A DNA stretch of 64,000 bases from a virus: positions 1,469 to 65,468 of the IMG/VR virus record IMGVR_UViG_2716884901_000002; one strand, 5' to 3'. Below are positions 28,324 to 38,657 of the stretch, in pieces. The notes beneath the pieces are model-generated. The model saw only the letters and a list, made by a program, of their open reading frames with translations. It did not search any database and had not been told where the DNA came from. How positions within the stretch are numbered: the stretch's first letter is position 1; the number at the start of each line of letters is the position of its first letter. A program made the translations under genes and the position numbers.

Positions 28324-29292
28324 ATGGCCCTTTCGAACATGAAGGTGTTCAACGAATACCTCAAGCGCACCACCATCGAGACCCTGGCTCAGGATGTCGA
28401 GAAGTTCAACGCATCCTCGGCCGGTGCCATCCGCCTGACTACCCAGGGCATCGACGGCGACTTCCTGCAGGAATCGTTCTGGGCAGGTCTGCACGGCGCC
28501 CAGCGTCGCGTCGACCGCTACGCTGCCAACGGCGCCCAGGCGTCCACCCCGCTGGCCCAGAAGCAGTACGACTCGGTGAAGATCGCCGGCGGCTTCGGCC
28601 CGATCCTGTGGGAGCCTTCCCAGCTCTCCTGGATCCAGAAGAACCCGGAAGAAGCGCTGGAAGTGATCAGCCGCAACCTGTCCGAAGCCATCATGGCGGA
28701 CCAGCTGAACACTGCCATCTCGGCCCTGGCCGGTGCCATTGGCAACCAGCCGACCGCCACCAACGACGTTTCGGCGACTGCTGGCGTGACCTACGTCGCG
28801 ATCAACAACGCTCACGCCCTGTTCGGTGACGCCTCGCAGCGCCTGGTTGCCCAGGTCATGACCGGCGCCATGTATCACAAACTGGTCGGCCAGAACCTCG
28901 CCAACGCCGAGCGCTTGTTCCAGTTTTCCGGCGTGCAGGTGGTCGACATCCTCGGCAAAGCCGTGATCATCACCGATGCCCCTGCGCTGTACGAGGCCGG
29001 CACCCCGAACAAGCAGAAGGTGCTCAGCCTGGCCGACGGCGCCGCGGTGGTGATGGATGGCTCTGACCTGATCACCAACATCGAGACCTCCAACGGCAAG
29101 GAGCGTATCGAGACCACCATGCAGGCCGACTACACCTTCGGCCTGGGCCTCAAGGGCTACACCTGGGACACCGCCAACGGCGGCAAGTCGCCGACCAACG
29201 CCGAGCTGTCCACCGGTACCAACTGGGATCTGGTGGCGAACAGCATCAAGGCCTCGGCCGGCGTGCTGACCATCGGTGACGCCACCAAGTAA
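28324..29292 (+). CDS. Major capsid protein
   Basis: 322 aa after scaffold; highly biased codons. Confidence 0.85.
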   Translation: MALSNMKVFNEYLKRTTIETLAQDVEKFNASSAGAIRLTTQGIDGDFLQESFWAGLHGAQRRVDRYAANGAQASTPLAQKQYDSVKIAGGFGPILWEPSQLSWIQKNPEEALEVISRNLSEAIMADQLNTAISALAGAIGNQPTATNDVSATAGVTYVAINNAHALFGDASQRLVAQVMTGAMYHKLVGQNLANAERLFQFSGVQVVDILGKAVIITDAPALYEAGTPNKQKVLSLADGAAVVMDGSDLITNIETSNGKERIETTMQADYTFGLGLKGYTWDTANGGKSPTNAELSTGTNWDLVANSIKASAGVLTIGDATK

Positions 29293-29333
29293 TCGGTACC
29301 GCGCCCTCCGGGGCGCCTTCCCAGGAGATCGCC

Positions 29334-29630
29334 ATGAGCGAGAAAGTGATTTACGAGAAACACCCGGTCAGCCCTGAGCGAAAGGCCGAACTGCGTCAGA
29401 AGGGCTACAAGATCATCGATGCGCGTTTCGCGCCCGATGGCTACGAGCACCCGGAGCCGCTGAAGGAGACCAAAGGCTCGAAGGCTGGCAAGTCGGCTGC
29501 CGACAAGAAGGCCGCTGAAGAAGCCGAACTGAAGGCAAAGCTGCAGGCTGCGCTGACCGAGAAGGGCGTCCAGTTCGCGCCTGAAGCCACCCTGGAAGAT
29601 CTGCAGAAGCTGCTGGACGGGGCCGCGTAA
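29334..29630 (+). CDS. Capsid-associated small protein
   Basis: YEKHPVSPERKAELR..GYKIIDARF; HeH-like C-terminus. Confidence 0.65.
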   Translation: MSEKVIYEKHPVSPERKAELRQKGYKIIDARFAPDGYEHPEPLKETKGSKAGKSAADKKAAEEAELKAKLQAALTEKGVQFAPEATLEDLQKLLDGAA

Positions 29631-29998
29631 TGACGACCTACATCAGCATCGAGCAGGTCGACGCGCTGCTGGGCCAGACCTGGGCGCCGGATGAAAAGAA
29701 GGCGCGCGCGGTGCTGATGGCCAACACCTGGCTCACCAACCAGGGCCTGCCCGAGTTCGACACGGTTCCCTCTGATGTCGTGCAGGCGGGCGCAGAGGTG
29801 GCAGTAGAGGCGGCTGCTGGCAACCTGTTCCAGGCGAAGGAAACCGGCGTGCTAAGCAAGTCCGTGGATGCGGACGGAGTGTCGAGCAGCAAAACCTACT
29901 CTGCAACGTCCAAGGCCATCAGCGCGGGTGAGTCCTTCGCCTTGGCCCTGCTGGCGCGCTATCTGGGCACCGGCCAGGTCAAGATCGTCAGGGGGTGA
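29630..29998 (+). CDS. Head-tail adaptor
   Basis: Position and size; YISIEQVD N-terminus. Confidence 0.7.
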   Translation: MTTYISIEQVDALLGQTWAPDEKKARAVLMANTWLTNQGLPEFDTVPSDVVQAGAEVAVEAAAGNLFQAKETGVLSKSVDADGVSSSKTYSATSKAISAGESFALALLARYLGTGQVKIVRG

Positions 29999-29999
29999 C

Positions 30000-30386
30000 A
30001 TGGGGCTTCGACGCGAGTTACAGGCCGAACTGGCCCAGGCCTTCGATACGGATCTGGCCGACGCAGTGGCGGTGGTTGATGGCAGCCGGTCTGTACCCGG
30101 CACCTATGACCCTGAGAAGGGCGGCAGTACGCCAGCGACAACGCTGCACTATGTCGGTCGCGGTGTCTTCGGCCAGTACAAGGCCCGCGAGATCGACGGT
30201 ACGCGCATCCTGGCGACAGACGTGCGCCTCAAGGCGCTGCAGAACGAGCTGTTCGTGAAGGACGGCGGCACGGTCACAGACGACCCTGCTACCCCAGCCA
30301 TCGGTGATCGCATCAGCGGCTACCGAGTCATGAACGTCGGACAGGACGCGGCCAAGGCCACCTGGACCATTCAACTGAGGAAGTGA
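30000..30386 (+). CDS. Head closure/completion protein
   Basis: MGLRRELQAELAQAFDTDL; synteny. Confidence 0.65.
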   Translation: MGLRRELQAELAQAFDTDLADAVAVVDGSRSVPGTYDPEKGGSTPATTLHYVGRGVFGQYKAREIDGTRILATDVRLKALQNELFVKDGGTVTDDPATPAIGDRISGYRVMNVGQDAAKATWTIQLRK

Positions 30387-30388
30387 CC

Positions 30389-31060
30389 ATGGCCCGCGGC
30401 TCACACATGACCAGCCGTTACGGCGGTCTGGACGGCGGCTTTGCTGCGCAGTTGGAGCAGTTCGCAGAGGCCGCCAAGGAGGCGATGGACCTAACCTTCC
30501 GTGAGGTCGTGATCATGGTCGGCCGGAGGCTGGTGACCATGTCGCCGGTCGGCAACCCGGATCTCTGGAAGGTGAACGTTGAGGCTCACGGCAGCGCGGC
30601 TGAGCAGATCTCGGCTTACAACGCCAAGGCAGCGGCCATTAATGTTGGCATCACGTCCGACCAGGCCAACTACACCAAAAGGGGCAACCTGAAAGGCGGT
30701 TTGCGGCTGCGAAAGCCGCTGACCAAGCGTGAGCAGCGCGAGAACTTCGGGTTCGGCGTCCGGAGGGTTGGCCAGGGCTACGTGGGCGGCCGCTTCCGCA
30801 GTAACTGGCAGTTCACCGCCGGCGCTCCAGCCGCAGGCGAGATCGAGGATATCGAGAGCGCCGGCGAGACGCTGGACAGGCTTCTCCTGGCTGCCGGTGA
30901 TCTTTCCGCTGGCGAGGTCGCCTGCATCGTCAACAACCTGCCGTATGCCATCCCTCTGGAGTACGGCCACAGCTCACAGGCGCCTGGCGGCATGGTGCGA
31001 GTTACCGTCGCCGACTTCCAGCGCATCGTCGAAGAAGCCATCAGGACCCATCGAGCATGA
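30389..31060 (+). CDS. HK97 gp10-like neck protein
   Basis: SPVG...GRFRSNWQ...NNLPYAIPLEYGHS.QAP.GMVR. Confidence 0.8.
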   Translation: MARGSHMTSRYGGLDGGFAAQLEQFAEAAKEAMDLTFREVVIMVGRRLVTMSPVGNPDLWKVNVEAHGSAAEQISAYNAKAAAINVGITSDQANYTKRGNLKGGLRLRKPLTKREQRENFGFGVRRVGQGYVGGRFRSNWQFTAGAPAAGEIEDIESAGETLDRLLLAAGDLSAGEVACIVNNLPYAIPLEYGHSSQAPGGMVRVTVADFQRIVEEAIRTHRA

Positions 31061-31485
31061 GCCACGCAAGAGCACGACAGGCCATCGAGATCAAGCTGAT
31101 GGCCTGGGCCGCGGCGCGCCCGATACGGGTCGCAAACTTCGAACAGGGTTTCGAGGCCAGGCCCGACGAAACCTACCTGCAGGCGTTCCAACTGCCAGCG
31201 GGCACCACCTGCCGCTACCTGGGCAGCGATGCCTATGAGTACACCGGCGTATACCAGGTGAGCATCGTTTGCCCGGCTGGCCAGCCTCTGGCTACCGCCG
31301 AGAGCCTTGTCGGTGAGCTGTCGAGCCTCTTCAGGGTGGACACGGAAATCAGCCGCAACGGCTTCGAGGGCCTTGTTACCGAACCGGTTGACCAGGGCCC
31401 AGCCATCACTGAGTCGGCGACCTACATGGTCCCGGCCAGCTTCACCTACCGCGGTGTCGCGGACCTACCGCCCGCTGGGGCATAA
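31057..31485 (+). CDS. Tail terminator (DUF4128-like)
   Basis: YTGVYQVSIVCPAG; synteny. Confidence 0.7.
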   Translation: MSHARARQAIEIKLMAWAAARPIRVANFEQGFEARPDETYLQAFQLPAGTTCRYLGSDAYEYTGVYQVSIVCPAGQPLATAESLVGELSSLFRVDTEISRNGFEGLVTEPVDQGPAITESATYMVPASFTYRGVADLPPAGA

Positions 31486-31524
31486 CCAACCGCCTCCCGG
31501 CGGGCAACAACGAGGAAACACTCC

Positions 31525-32184
31525 ATGGCCGCAAAATTCCCGCTGCCGAACGGCTCTGTGCTGGAAATCGCCAGCGTTTTTGGCGCCGCCGTCGCCTTCA
31601 CCGCTTTGACCAATGCCTTGCCGCCGGTGGCCACCGCTGCCGGTCACGACATTGAGAATGGCGATGTCCTGTTGGTTAGCTCCGGTTGGGCACTGATCGC
31701 CGACCGTGCCGTCAGTGCCGCAAACGTGGCCGCCGACACCTTCGCCTTGAAAGGCCTCAACACCACCAACGTGGACAAATACACTCCGGGTGCCGGCGTA
31801 GGCTCGGTGCTCCCTGTGACCGCCTGGGCGCAGATCTCCAAGGTGACCGCTTTCACCTCGGCCGGCGGTGAGCAGCAATACCTCACCGTGGGGTATCTGG
31901 AAGATGACGATGACCGCCAGTTCCCGACCAACCGCAACCCGATCACGCTGTCGATCACCGTCGAGGACCAGCCGACCGCTGCCTACGTCGCCCTGGTCGA
32001 AAACTACGGTGACAGCAAGGAGCTCGCGGTGGTACGCCTCAAGCTGCCAGGCGGCGACCAGATCCTTTACCCGGGCTACGTGAGCATCACCACCACCCCA
32101 ACCATGGATCGGAACAGCCTCATGACGCGCACCATCAGCATCGCACTGTCGGGCCGTCCAGTTCGCATTCTGGCCGGTGCGTAA
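31525..32184 (+). CDS. Major tail tube protein
   Basis: LPNGS...WAQISKV...GGEQQY; synteny. Confidence 0.85.
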   Translation: MAAKFPLPNGSVLEIASVFGAAVAFTALTNALPPVATAAGHDIENGDVLLVSSGWALIADRAVSAANVAADTFALKGLNTTNVDKYTPGAGVGSVLPVTAWAQISKVTAFTSAGGEQQYLTVGYLEDDDDRQFPTNRNPITLSITVEDQPTAAYVALVENYGDSKELAVVRLKLPGGDQILYPGYVSITTTPTMDRNSLMTRTISIALSGRPVRILAGA

Positions 32185-32193
32185 GGAGCCATC

Positions 32194-32577
32194 ATGGCGA
32201 AGATCAAGATCGCGCAGAACCCCACTTTCACCGCCGTGGTGCAGGTTCCGCGCATTGGCGCCGAACCGGTGCCGGTGAAATTCCAGTTCCGCTACATGGA
32301 CCGCGTGGCCCTGTCCGCAATGTTTGATCGCTGGAACAAGGCGCGCGACGCCTGGGCGGAGAAGGCCCAGAAGGACGGGGCAACCTGGGAGGAGGTCACC
32401 ACCGGTGAAATCGCCCTGCAGGCAGAGCAGTTGAGCGAGATCGTCACAGGCTGGGATCTGGAGGACGAGTTCAGCTCCGAGGCTATCGCCGACCTGGTGC
32501 GCACTTGCACCGGGGCACCGAAGGCGGTAATCGACGCTTACCAGGCTGCCTACAGCCCGGCCCGACTGGGAAACTGA
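32194..32577 (+). CDS. Tail assembly chaperone (G)
   Basis: Between tail tube and tape measure; slippery heptamer at its 3' end. Confidence 0.8.
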   Translation: MAKIKIAQNPTFTAVVQVPRIGAEPVPVKFQFRYMDRVALSAMFDRWNKARDAWAEKAQKDGATWEEVTTGEIALQAEQLSEIVTGWDLEDEFSSEAIADLVRTCTGAPKAVIDAYQAAYSPARLGN

Positions 32578-32891
32578 GGGCGGCGGCCCGGGCTTGCTAT
32601 GAGCGCGGCCCGTCCGCTGAGCAACTGGCGGCGCTGGGGCTGACCCTTGATGACATCGCGGAGGAGGTAGTGGAGGTCTTTCCGGATGCCTGGCCTGCCT
32701 TCCGCCTGTTCGATGCGCTGGGCACACAGTGGCGTGTGGCTTCGGGCGGCCCGTCCGGCTTGGACTACACCGCTATTCCTGCAACCGCCTCAATGCTCGG
32801 CATCAAGCGCCGCGACCTCACCGACATTTTTCCCGATCTCCGCGTCATGGAGGTTGAGGCCTTGGCCGTCATGGCCGAATCGATGGAGTAG
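32568..32891 (+). CDS. Tail chaperone T portion (DUF1799-like), made by -1 frameshift at G GGA AAC (32568-32574)
   Basis: Canonical X XXY YYZ heptamer before the G stop; open -1 frame with TQWR...GLDY motif. Confidence 0.8.
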   Translation, partial: GKLRAAARACYERGPSAEQLAALGLTLDDIAEEVVEVFPDAWPAFRLFDALGTQWRVASGGPSGLDYTAIPATASMLGIKRRDLTDIFPDLRVMEVEALAVMAESME

Positions 32892-32894
32892 ATC

Positions 32895-35800
32895 ATGACC
32901 ACCATTGCCTCTCTCGGTCTTCAGATCGACTCCGGTGATGCCGTCGAAGCCAAGGACAACCTCGATAAGCTGACGGACGCCGGCAAGCGCAGCGAGGAGT
33001 CGGCTGGACGAACCGGGCGTGCCTGGGAGACTGCCTTGGGCAGCCTGCAGGGTGACACCCGGCAGATTGTGCAGGAGCTGCAGGCGCTCAATGCCAAGCA
33101 GACAGAGTTGGCGCAGCAGATGGCCATCGTAGGGCGCGCCGTTATCAGCGCTTCCACGGCGTTCAGCAGCGCCGCGGCGAACATGGGGGCGTTTCGGACC
33201 GAGGCTGCGCAGGCTGGCAAGGTGCAGGAGGCGCTCACCAGCGCCACGGATGCCGGAGCCCAGGCCGGCCGGCGTGCTGCCGAGTCCGCCGACGAGCAAC
33301 AGGCCAGGATTCTGGCAGTAGCCAAGGCCTCGCTGGAGGCGAGTCAGTACGTTCAGTCGCTCAACCGGGCGACCGAGCAGAGCGCCCAGGTCACCGCCCA
33401 GGCGAATGCAGTTCTTTCAGACAGTGCCAGCCGTCAGGCATCCATCAACAGTCGGGCTCAGGCCCTCATCGCCACGGAAGAGCGCCAGGCCGAGGCGGCG
33501 AAGAAGGCCGCCGGTGCACATCGGGAAGAAGGCCAGGCGCTCGAGGAGCTGCTGGGCAAGATTGACCCGACCGTCGCAGCAATGAGCCGACTGGACCAGA
33601 TGGAGCAGAAGTTGAAGGGCTTCCGCACCAGTGGCGCGCTCGATGCGGAGACCTTCGGCGAGTACCAGTCGAAGATCGACGAGGCCCGCACAGCCTTGGG
33701 CGGTGCCGATGCTGCGCTGAACAAGACCGGGATGTCGGCAAAGGCCACTGCTGCTGCACTGCGGGGTGTGCCGGCACAGTTCACCGACATCGTGGTATCC
33801 CTGCAGGGCGGACAGGCCCCGCTCACTGTGCTGCTGCAGCAGGGCGGGCAGCTAAAGGATATGTTTGGCGGTGTGGGCCCGGCCATTCAGGCACTCGGCG
33901 GCTACGTCATGGGCCTGGTGAACCCGTTCACCGTCGCGGCTGCAGCAGTGGGTGTGCTCGGTTACGCCTACTACTCGGGCAGCGAGGAGGCGGTCGGCTT
34001 CCAGAAGGAGCTGATCAAGACCGGCAACGCCGCCGGCACAACGGCGGATCAGATGTCTGGAATGGCTCGCCAGGTCGCGGCGACCGTCGGCACCACCGGT
34101 GCCGCAGCCGAGGTTCTCACCCAGCTGGCCGGTAGCGGCAAAATTGCTTCGGACAGCTTCGTCGAGATTACCGAGGCAGCCCTGGAGTGGCGGTCGGCGA
34201 CCGGAAAAGCGGTCGAGGAGACGGTGGCCGAGTTCGTGAAGATCGGCAAGGATCCGGTGGCTGCCGCCAAGGACCTAAACGAGCAGTACAACTTCCTCAC
34301 CGCTGCTACCTATTCGCAGATCATTGCCCTGAAGGAGCAGGGCGACACCATCGGGGCAGCCAAGCTGCTCACCGACACCTACGTCGATACCATCAAAAAC
34401 CGTAGCAAGGAAGTCACCGAGAATCTGTCCATCTGGGAGCGCGGATGGAAGGCTCTGCGTGGCGAGGTTGCTGCCACGGTCGATTCGGTCAAGAACATTG
34501 GCCGGGACCAGGATATCGCGAGTCGCATCGTAGAGACGCAACAACGAGTGGCAGCGGCGCAGAGCGCGGTGAACGGCGATCCTGACGACACCGCTGCGAA
34601 GCAAAAGCTCACGGATGCCAACCTTGAGCTCAAAGCTCTCATTCAACAGCGAGACACGCAGCAGGCGATTGCCAAGGCACGGGAACTGGATAGCCAGCGG
34701 CAGCAGGCGGCTATCGTGGCCATCGGCAAGATCGACGCTCTGGAGAAGTCCGCAAGGACCAACGCCGAGAAGCGCGCGGATGCTCTCAAGGAGTACAACA
34801 AGTCTCTTGATGCGATCCGCAAGGTCAACCCGAATGATGAGCGGCTGAAGCCCGAGAACATCGCTCGGGTGCAGGCCGACATCGCCAAGCAGTTCAAGGA
34901 CCCTGCTGGGCGGACTGGTTCGGTCGACCTCTCCGGGTTCAACGACCAGAAGAACGCGCTGAGCGCCATTCTGGCCGAGTACAAGAGCCACCAGAAGGAA
35001 CTGGAAGCAGCGCAGAAGGCTGGGCTGATCTCTCAAGAGTCGTACGCCGCCCAACGGGCTGCAATCATCGAGCAGCAGAAGGCCGAGGTCACGAACGCCT
35101 ACGAGGCCGAGATCACGGCGCTGGAGAAGGCCAAGGGGCGCAGCAGTACCAGCGCCCAGCAGCGAATCCAGCTCGACCAGAAAATCGCGGATGCCCGCGC
35201 CGCCATGGTCAAGGCGCAGAAGGACGCCGATACCGAGCTTTCGGTGCTGGCGACTAATGAGCAGGGCCGGCTGGCCAAGCAGGCCAGGGCGGTGCAGACC
35301 TACACCGATGCTCTCGACCAGCAGGTGCTGGCGCTGCGCCTGCAAGGGCAGCGTTCCGCTGACGGCCTTGGTCTCGGCGATCGTCAGCGTAGCCTGCATG
35401 ACCAGCAGAACGGCATCACCGACCGGATGAACCAACAGCGCCTGGACCTTGCCAATCAGTACGGTGACGGCTCCCGCGGCATGAGCCTCGATGAGTACAA
35501 CCAGAAGCTGGCAGCGCTGCGCAAGACCGAGAAGGACCTGCAGGAAACCACCATCGCCAACTACGACCAGATGACGGCCGCACAGGGCGACTGGCGTAAG
35601 GGGGCATCGTCAGCCTTTCAGAATTACCTGGACCAGGCACGGGATGTCGCCGGGCAGACGAAGTCCCTGTTCACCAACGCCTTCAGCTCGATGGAGGATG
35701 CGATCGTAAACTTCGCCATGACTGGCAAGTTATCGTTCACTGACTTCACCAAGTCGATCCTTACTGACATGGTCCGGATCGAAACCCAACGCGCTGCCTC

Positions 35801-36296
35801 GGGTCTCCTGGGCAGCCTGGTTAGCTGGGGTAGCACGGCTGTTTCTGCGTGGTTCGGCAGCGGAACCACGTCCGCAGGATCGACCCAGGCCGGGTACACC
35901 CCCCAGATCATGGACAACTTCGTCTCTGGTCAGCGCGCAGCCGGCGGTCCGGTAGCGGCGAACTCGCTCTACCAGGTAAACGAATTGGGGCCTGAACTGC
36001 TGAGCCAGGGAGGCAAGACCTATCTGATGATGGGGGAGCAGGGCGGCACCATCACCCCGCTCGGCCCTGGGCCCGCTTCACCCCTCGCTACCACGAGCAC
36101 TTCGGGAACGATGATAAGCGTGTCGGCACCGGTCAACGTGGCCGTCGTAGATCGTAGTGACGAAGGCATGGAGCTCGACCTAACGCTCCTCCAGCAAAAC
36201 ATGCAGAAGCAGATGCAGCTCGCTGCCGAGAAGGCTGTTGCCGATTCGTGGCGACCCGGCGGGGTGAGCTATCGGAACACTAAAGGAGGGCGCTGA
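32895..36296 (+). CDS. Tail tape measure protein (lambda-like)
   Basis: 1133 aa helical; QFTDIVVSLQGGQAPLTVLLQQGGQLKD TMP motif. Confidence 0.92.
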   Translation: MTTIASLGLQIDSGDAVEAKDNLDKLTDAGKRSEESAGRTGRAWETALGSLQGDTRQIVQELQALNAKQTELAQQMAIVGRAVISASTAFSSAAANMGAFRTEAAQAGKVQEALTSATDAGAQAGRRAAESADEQQARILAVAKASLEASQYVQSLNRATEQSAQVTAQANAVLSDSASRQASINSRAQALIATEERQAEAAKKAAGAHREEGQALEELLGKIDPTVAAMSRLDQMEQKLKGFRTSGALDAETFGEYQSKIDEARTALGGADAALNKTGMSAKATAAALRGVPAQFTDIVVSLQGGQAPLTVLLQQGGQLKDMFGGVGPAIQALGGYVMGLVNPFTVAAAAVGVLGYAYYSGSEEAVGFQKELIKTGNAAGTTADQMSGMARQVAATVGTTGAAAEVLTQLAGSGKIASDSFVEITEAALEWRSATGKAVEETVAEFVKIGKDPVAAAKDLNEQYNFLTAATYSQIIALKEQGDTIGAAKLLTDTYVDTIKNRSKEVTENLSIWERGWKALRGEVAATVDSVKNIGRDQDIASRIVETQQRVAAAQSAVNGDPDDTAAKQKLTDANLELKALIQQRDTQQAIAKARELDSQRQQAAIVAIGKIDALEKSARTNAEKRADALKEYNKSLDAIRKVNPNDERLKPENIARVQADIAKQFKDPAGRTGSVDLSGFNDQKNALSAILAEYKSHQKELEAAQKAGLISQESYAAQRAAIIEQQKAEVTNAYEAEITALEKAKGRSSTSAQQRIQLDQKIADARAAMVKAQKDADTELSVLATNEQGRLAKQARAVQTYTDALDQQVLALRLQGQRSADGLGLGDRQRSLHDQQNGITDRMNQQRLDLANQYGDGSRGMSLDEYNQKLAALRKTEKDLQETTIANYDQMTAAQGDWRKGASSAFQNYLDQARDVAGQTKSLFTNAFSSMEDAIVNFAMTGKLSFTDFTKSILTDMVRIETQRAASGLLGSLVSWGSTAVSAWFGSGTTSAGSTQAGYTPQIMDNFVSGQRAAGGPVAANSLYQVNELGPELLSQGGKTYLMMGEQGGTITPLGPGPASPLATTSTSGTMISVSAPVNVAVVDRSDEGMELDLTLLQQNMQKQMQLAAEKAVADSWRPGGVSYRNTKGGR

Positions 36297-36634
36297 TGGC
36301 CATCGAGACGTTCAGCTGGCCGACGCAGCGCGGCGAAACGCCGGACATCACTTACCGGGTCCGGGAGTCCAAGTTCGGCGGCGGGTACCGGCAGGTGGTG
36401 GGCGACGGCCCCAACAACAAGGAAGACAGCTACCCGATCACCGTAACCGGCACGAAGGCACAGGTCCGCAAGGTCATGGAGTTCTTCGATCGGCACGGCG
36501 GCGCGAAGGCCTTTCTGTGGTCCACTCCGCTCGGTGATTTGGGCCTGTTTACCTGCACCGATCCGAAGCCCACGCCCGTGGGTGGCGGTCGGTTCAAGGT
36601 CTCCGCAACCTTTGAGCGGGCATTCCACCCATAA
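36296..36634 (+). CDS. Minor tail protein M (distal tail)
   Basis: FGGGYRQ...GPNN...FFDRHGGAKAFLWSTP. Confidence 0.85.
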   Translation: MAIETFSWPTQRGETPDITYRVRESKFGGGYRQVVGDGPNNKEDSYPITVTGTKAQVRKVMEFFDRHGGAKAFLWSTPLGDLGLFTCTDPKPTPVGGGRFKVSATFERAFHP

Positions 36635-36643
36635 GGACGTCGC

Positions 36644-37393
36644 ATGTCACTGATCAAGGACATCCAGACCCTGGAGCCTGGCAGCGAGGTACTGCTGTTT
36701 GAGCTGGATGGCTCGGACTTCGGTGCCGATATTCTGCGGTTTCACGGGCATGCAATACCGCACACGCCAGAGGAGCTGGCCGCCGCCGGCGTAAATGCCG
36801 ATCAACTGCCGGCCAAGTCCATCTGGTGGCAGGGCAACGAGTATGGCGCCTGGCCCATGCAGATCGAGGGCATCGAAGCGAACTCGGACGGTACGGCCGT
36901 GCGCCCCACGCTGACCGTCGGCAACGTCAACGGCCGGATCACAGCCCTGTGCCTGGCCTTCGACAACCTGCTCGAGTTCAAGCTAACCATGCGTCACACG
37001 ATGGCGCGGTACCTGGATGCGGTGAACTTTCCGGCAGGCAACCAGGAGGCCGACCCGACCGAGGAAGCCATTGAGGTCTGGTACATCGACCAGAAGGTGT
37101 CGGAGAACGGCACCACGGTCGCTTGGGAGCTGGCTAGTCCTGGCGATGTTGGCGGCGAGTCCATTGGCCGACAGATGACCCAGCTATGTCACTGGGCAAT
37201 GACCGCTGGCTACCGTGGTCCGAACTGCGGATACACCGGCCCCTACTACGACTTGGACGGCAACCCGACGGATGACCCGGCCAAGGACCAGTGCAATGGC
37301 TGTTTGGACTCTGGCTGCACTGTCCGCCACGGCCAGGGCAACCAATTGCCTTTCGGAGGCTTCCCGGCTGTTTCACTGATTGCCCGGAGTTGA
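36644..37393 (+). CDS. Minor tail protein L
   Basis: Cys motif C..YRGPNCGYTG...C..C...FGGFP. Confidence 0.9.
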   Translation: MSLIKDIQTLEPGSEVLLFELDGSDFGADILRFHGHAIPHTPEELAAAGVNADQLPAKSIWWQGNEYGAWPMQIEGIEANSDGTAVRPTLTVGNVNGRITALCLAFDNLLEFKLTMRHTMARYLDAVNFPAGNQEADPTEEAIEVWYIDQKVSENGTTVAWELASPGDVGGESIGRQMTQLCHWAMTAGYRGPNCGYTGPYYDLDGNPTDDPAKDQCNGCLDSGCTVRHGQGNQLPFGGFPAVSLIARS

Positions 37394-37395
37394 CC

Positions 37396-38151
37396 ATGCG
37401 CAAACACATCCTCGCCGCCGTGCAAGCGCACGCAGCGGCTGAGTATCCGCGCGAGTGCTGCGGTCTGCTCATCGCCGTGGGACGCGCCCAGCGGTACATC
37501 CCGTGCGACAACACCGCTACCGATCCTACAGAGGAGTTCCGGATCTCACCGGAGCAGTACGCGGCTGCAGAAGACCAGGGTGAGGTGATCGGCATCGTGC
37601 ACTCGCATCCAGATGCCACCAGCAGGCCTTCGTCCCGCGATCTGGCGATGTGCGAGGCCACGGCGCTGCCCTGGTACATCCTGTCGTGGCCGGAGGGTGA
37701 CCTGCGCACCGTTACGCCCACCGGTCACGCACCGCTGCTCGGGCGGCCGTTCGTGCACGGCGCTTGGGACTGCTGGCAGGTCTGCGCGGACTGGTACCAG
37801 CGTGAGTGGGGCCTGGCTTTCCCGTCCTACACCCGAGAAGAGGGCTGGTGGGAGCAGGCGGACGGCCCGAGCCTTTACGAGCAGGCCTATGAGGCGGCGG
37901 GCTTCTACCAGGTCAGCCAGCCGCAACGCGGCGACATGATCGTCATGGCCGTTGGGCGCACCGCGCACCCGAATCACGCTGGCATTTACCTGGGCGCCGT
38001 CGCTCAGCTGCCGGGGGAAGCGGCGGAAATCTTCGGACCAGGCCCATTCATGCTGCATCACCTGCTTGGCAGGCCATCAGAAATCATTGTGTTCGGCGGG
38101 CCATGGCTCGACCGGACGCGTCTTGTGTTGCGTCATCGGGACGCTAAGTAA
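37396..38151 (+). CDS. Tail assembly protein K (JAB + NlpC/P60)
   Basis: PRECCG, VHSHP, DCW...HAGIY. Confidence 0.9.
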   Translation: MRKHILAAVQAHAAAEYPRECCGLLIAVGRAQRYIPCDNTATDPTEEFRISPEQYAAAEDQGEVIGIVHSHPDATSRPSSRDLAMCEATALPWYILSWPEGDLRTVTPTGHAPLLGRPFVHGAWDCWQVCADWYQREWGLAFPSYTREEGWWEQADGPSLYEQAYEAAGFYQVSQPQRGDMIVMAVGRTAHPNHAGIYLGAVAQLPGEAAEIFGPGPFMLHHLLGRPSEIIVFGGPWLDRTRLVLRHRDAK

Positions 38152-38174
38152 AGCGGCCAAGCCGCAGGAGGAGT

Positions 38175-38381
38175 ATGAATAACAGCGATCCGTACAATCC
38201 AGCCATTCAGTGGTGCCGTCGTTGCAGTAATCAACCTGATCGCCCTCCCGCTGAGCTTGACGTACAAGATGGGCGAGCAGAATACGTTCTGAGCGGCCCA
38301 TACCGGCTAGGGGAGGGTGGGAAAGTTGAAGTCGTAAACGGACAGCTGCTATTTACAGGGAGTAGTCAGCGCGTTACCTGA
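38175..38381 (+). CDS. Small moron ORF after K
   Basis: RBS aggagg; 68 aa, CRRC. Confidence 0.5.
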   Translation: MNNSDPYNPAIQWCRRCSNQPDRPPAELDVQDGRAEYVLSGPYRLGEGGKVEVVNGQLLFTGSSQRVT

Positions 38382-38637
38382 TGTGGTCGAGGACCCTTGC
38401 AAGCTGGCCGCCAGCGCTATTGTAGGAATACTGCTCGACCAATATCAAAGCGTACTCTTTTCCTGGCTTGTCAAATTCAGCTTTTAGTTGATCGAAGCTT
38501 TTGGTGGTCAGGAACGAGTATAGATCGCCATCATTGTGCTGAAAAAGACCGCCTTCACCAACGGCACTGGCTATTACGCCCACGTCTTTGTGCTTGGTGA
38601 TCAGCAAGTAGGGAAAAAGCATTTGAGCTTTACTCAT
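38374..38637 (-). CDS. Counter-oriented moron ORF
   Basis: RBS aggag; AT-richer codons; 87 aa. Confidence 0.6.
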   Translation of the reverse strand: MSKAQMLFPYLLITKHKDVGVIASAVGEGGLFQHNDGDLYSFLTTKSFDQLKAEFDKPGKEYALILVEQYSYNSAGGQLARVLDHIR

Positions 38638-38657
38638 GTCAGACTCCTAGTTCTTTG

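Noticed and set aside
27535-28878. 447-aa minus-strand ORF over scaffold/capsid
   Set aside because: Antisense shadow with no motifs or RBS; the same applies to 31465..32727, 34275..35435, 40027..41010 and 57679..59016
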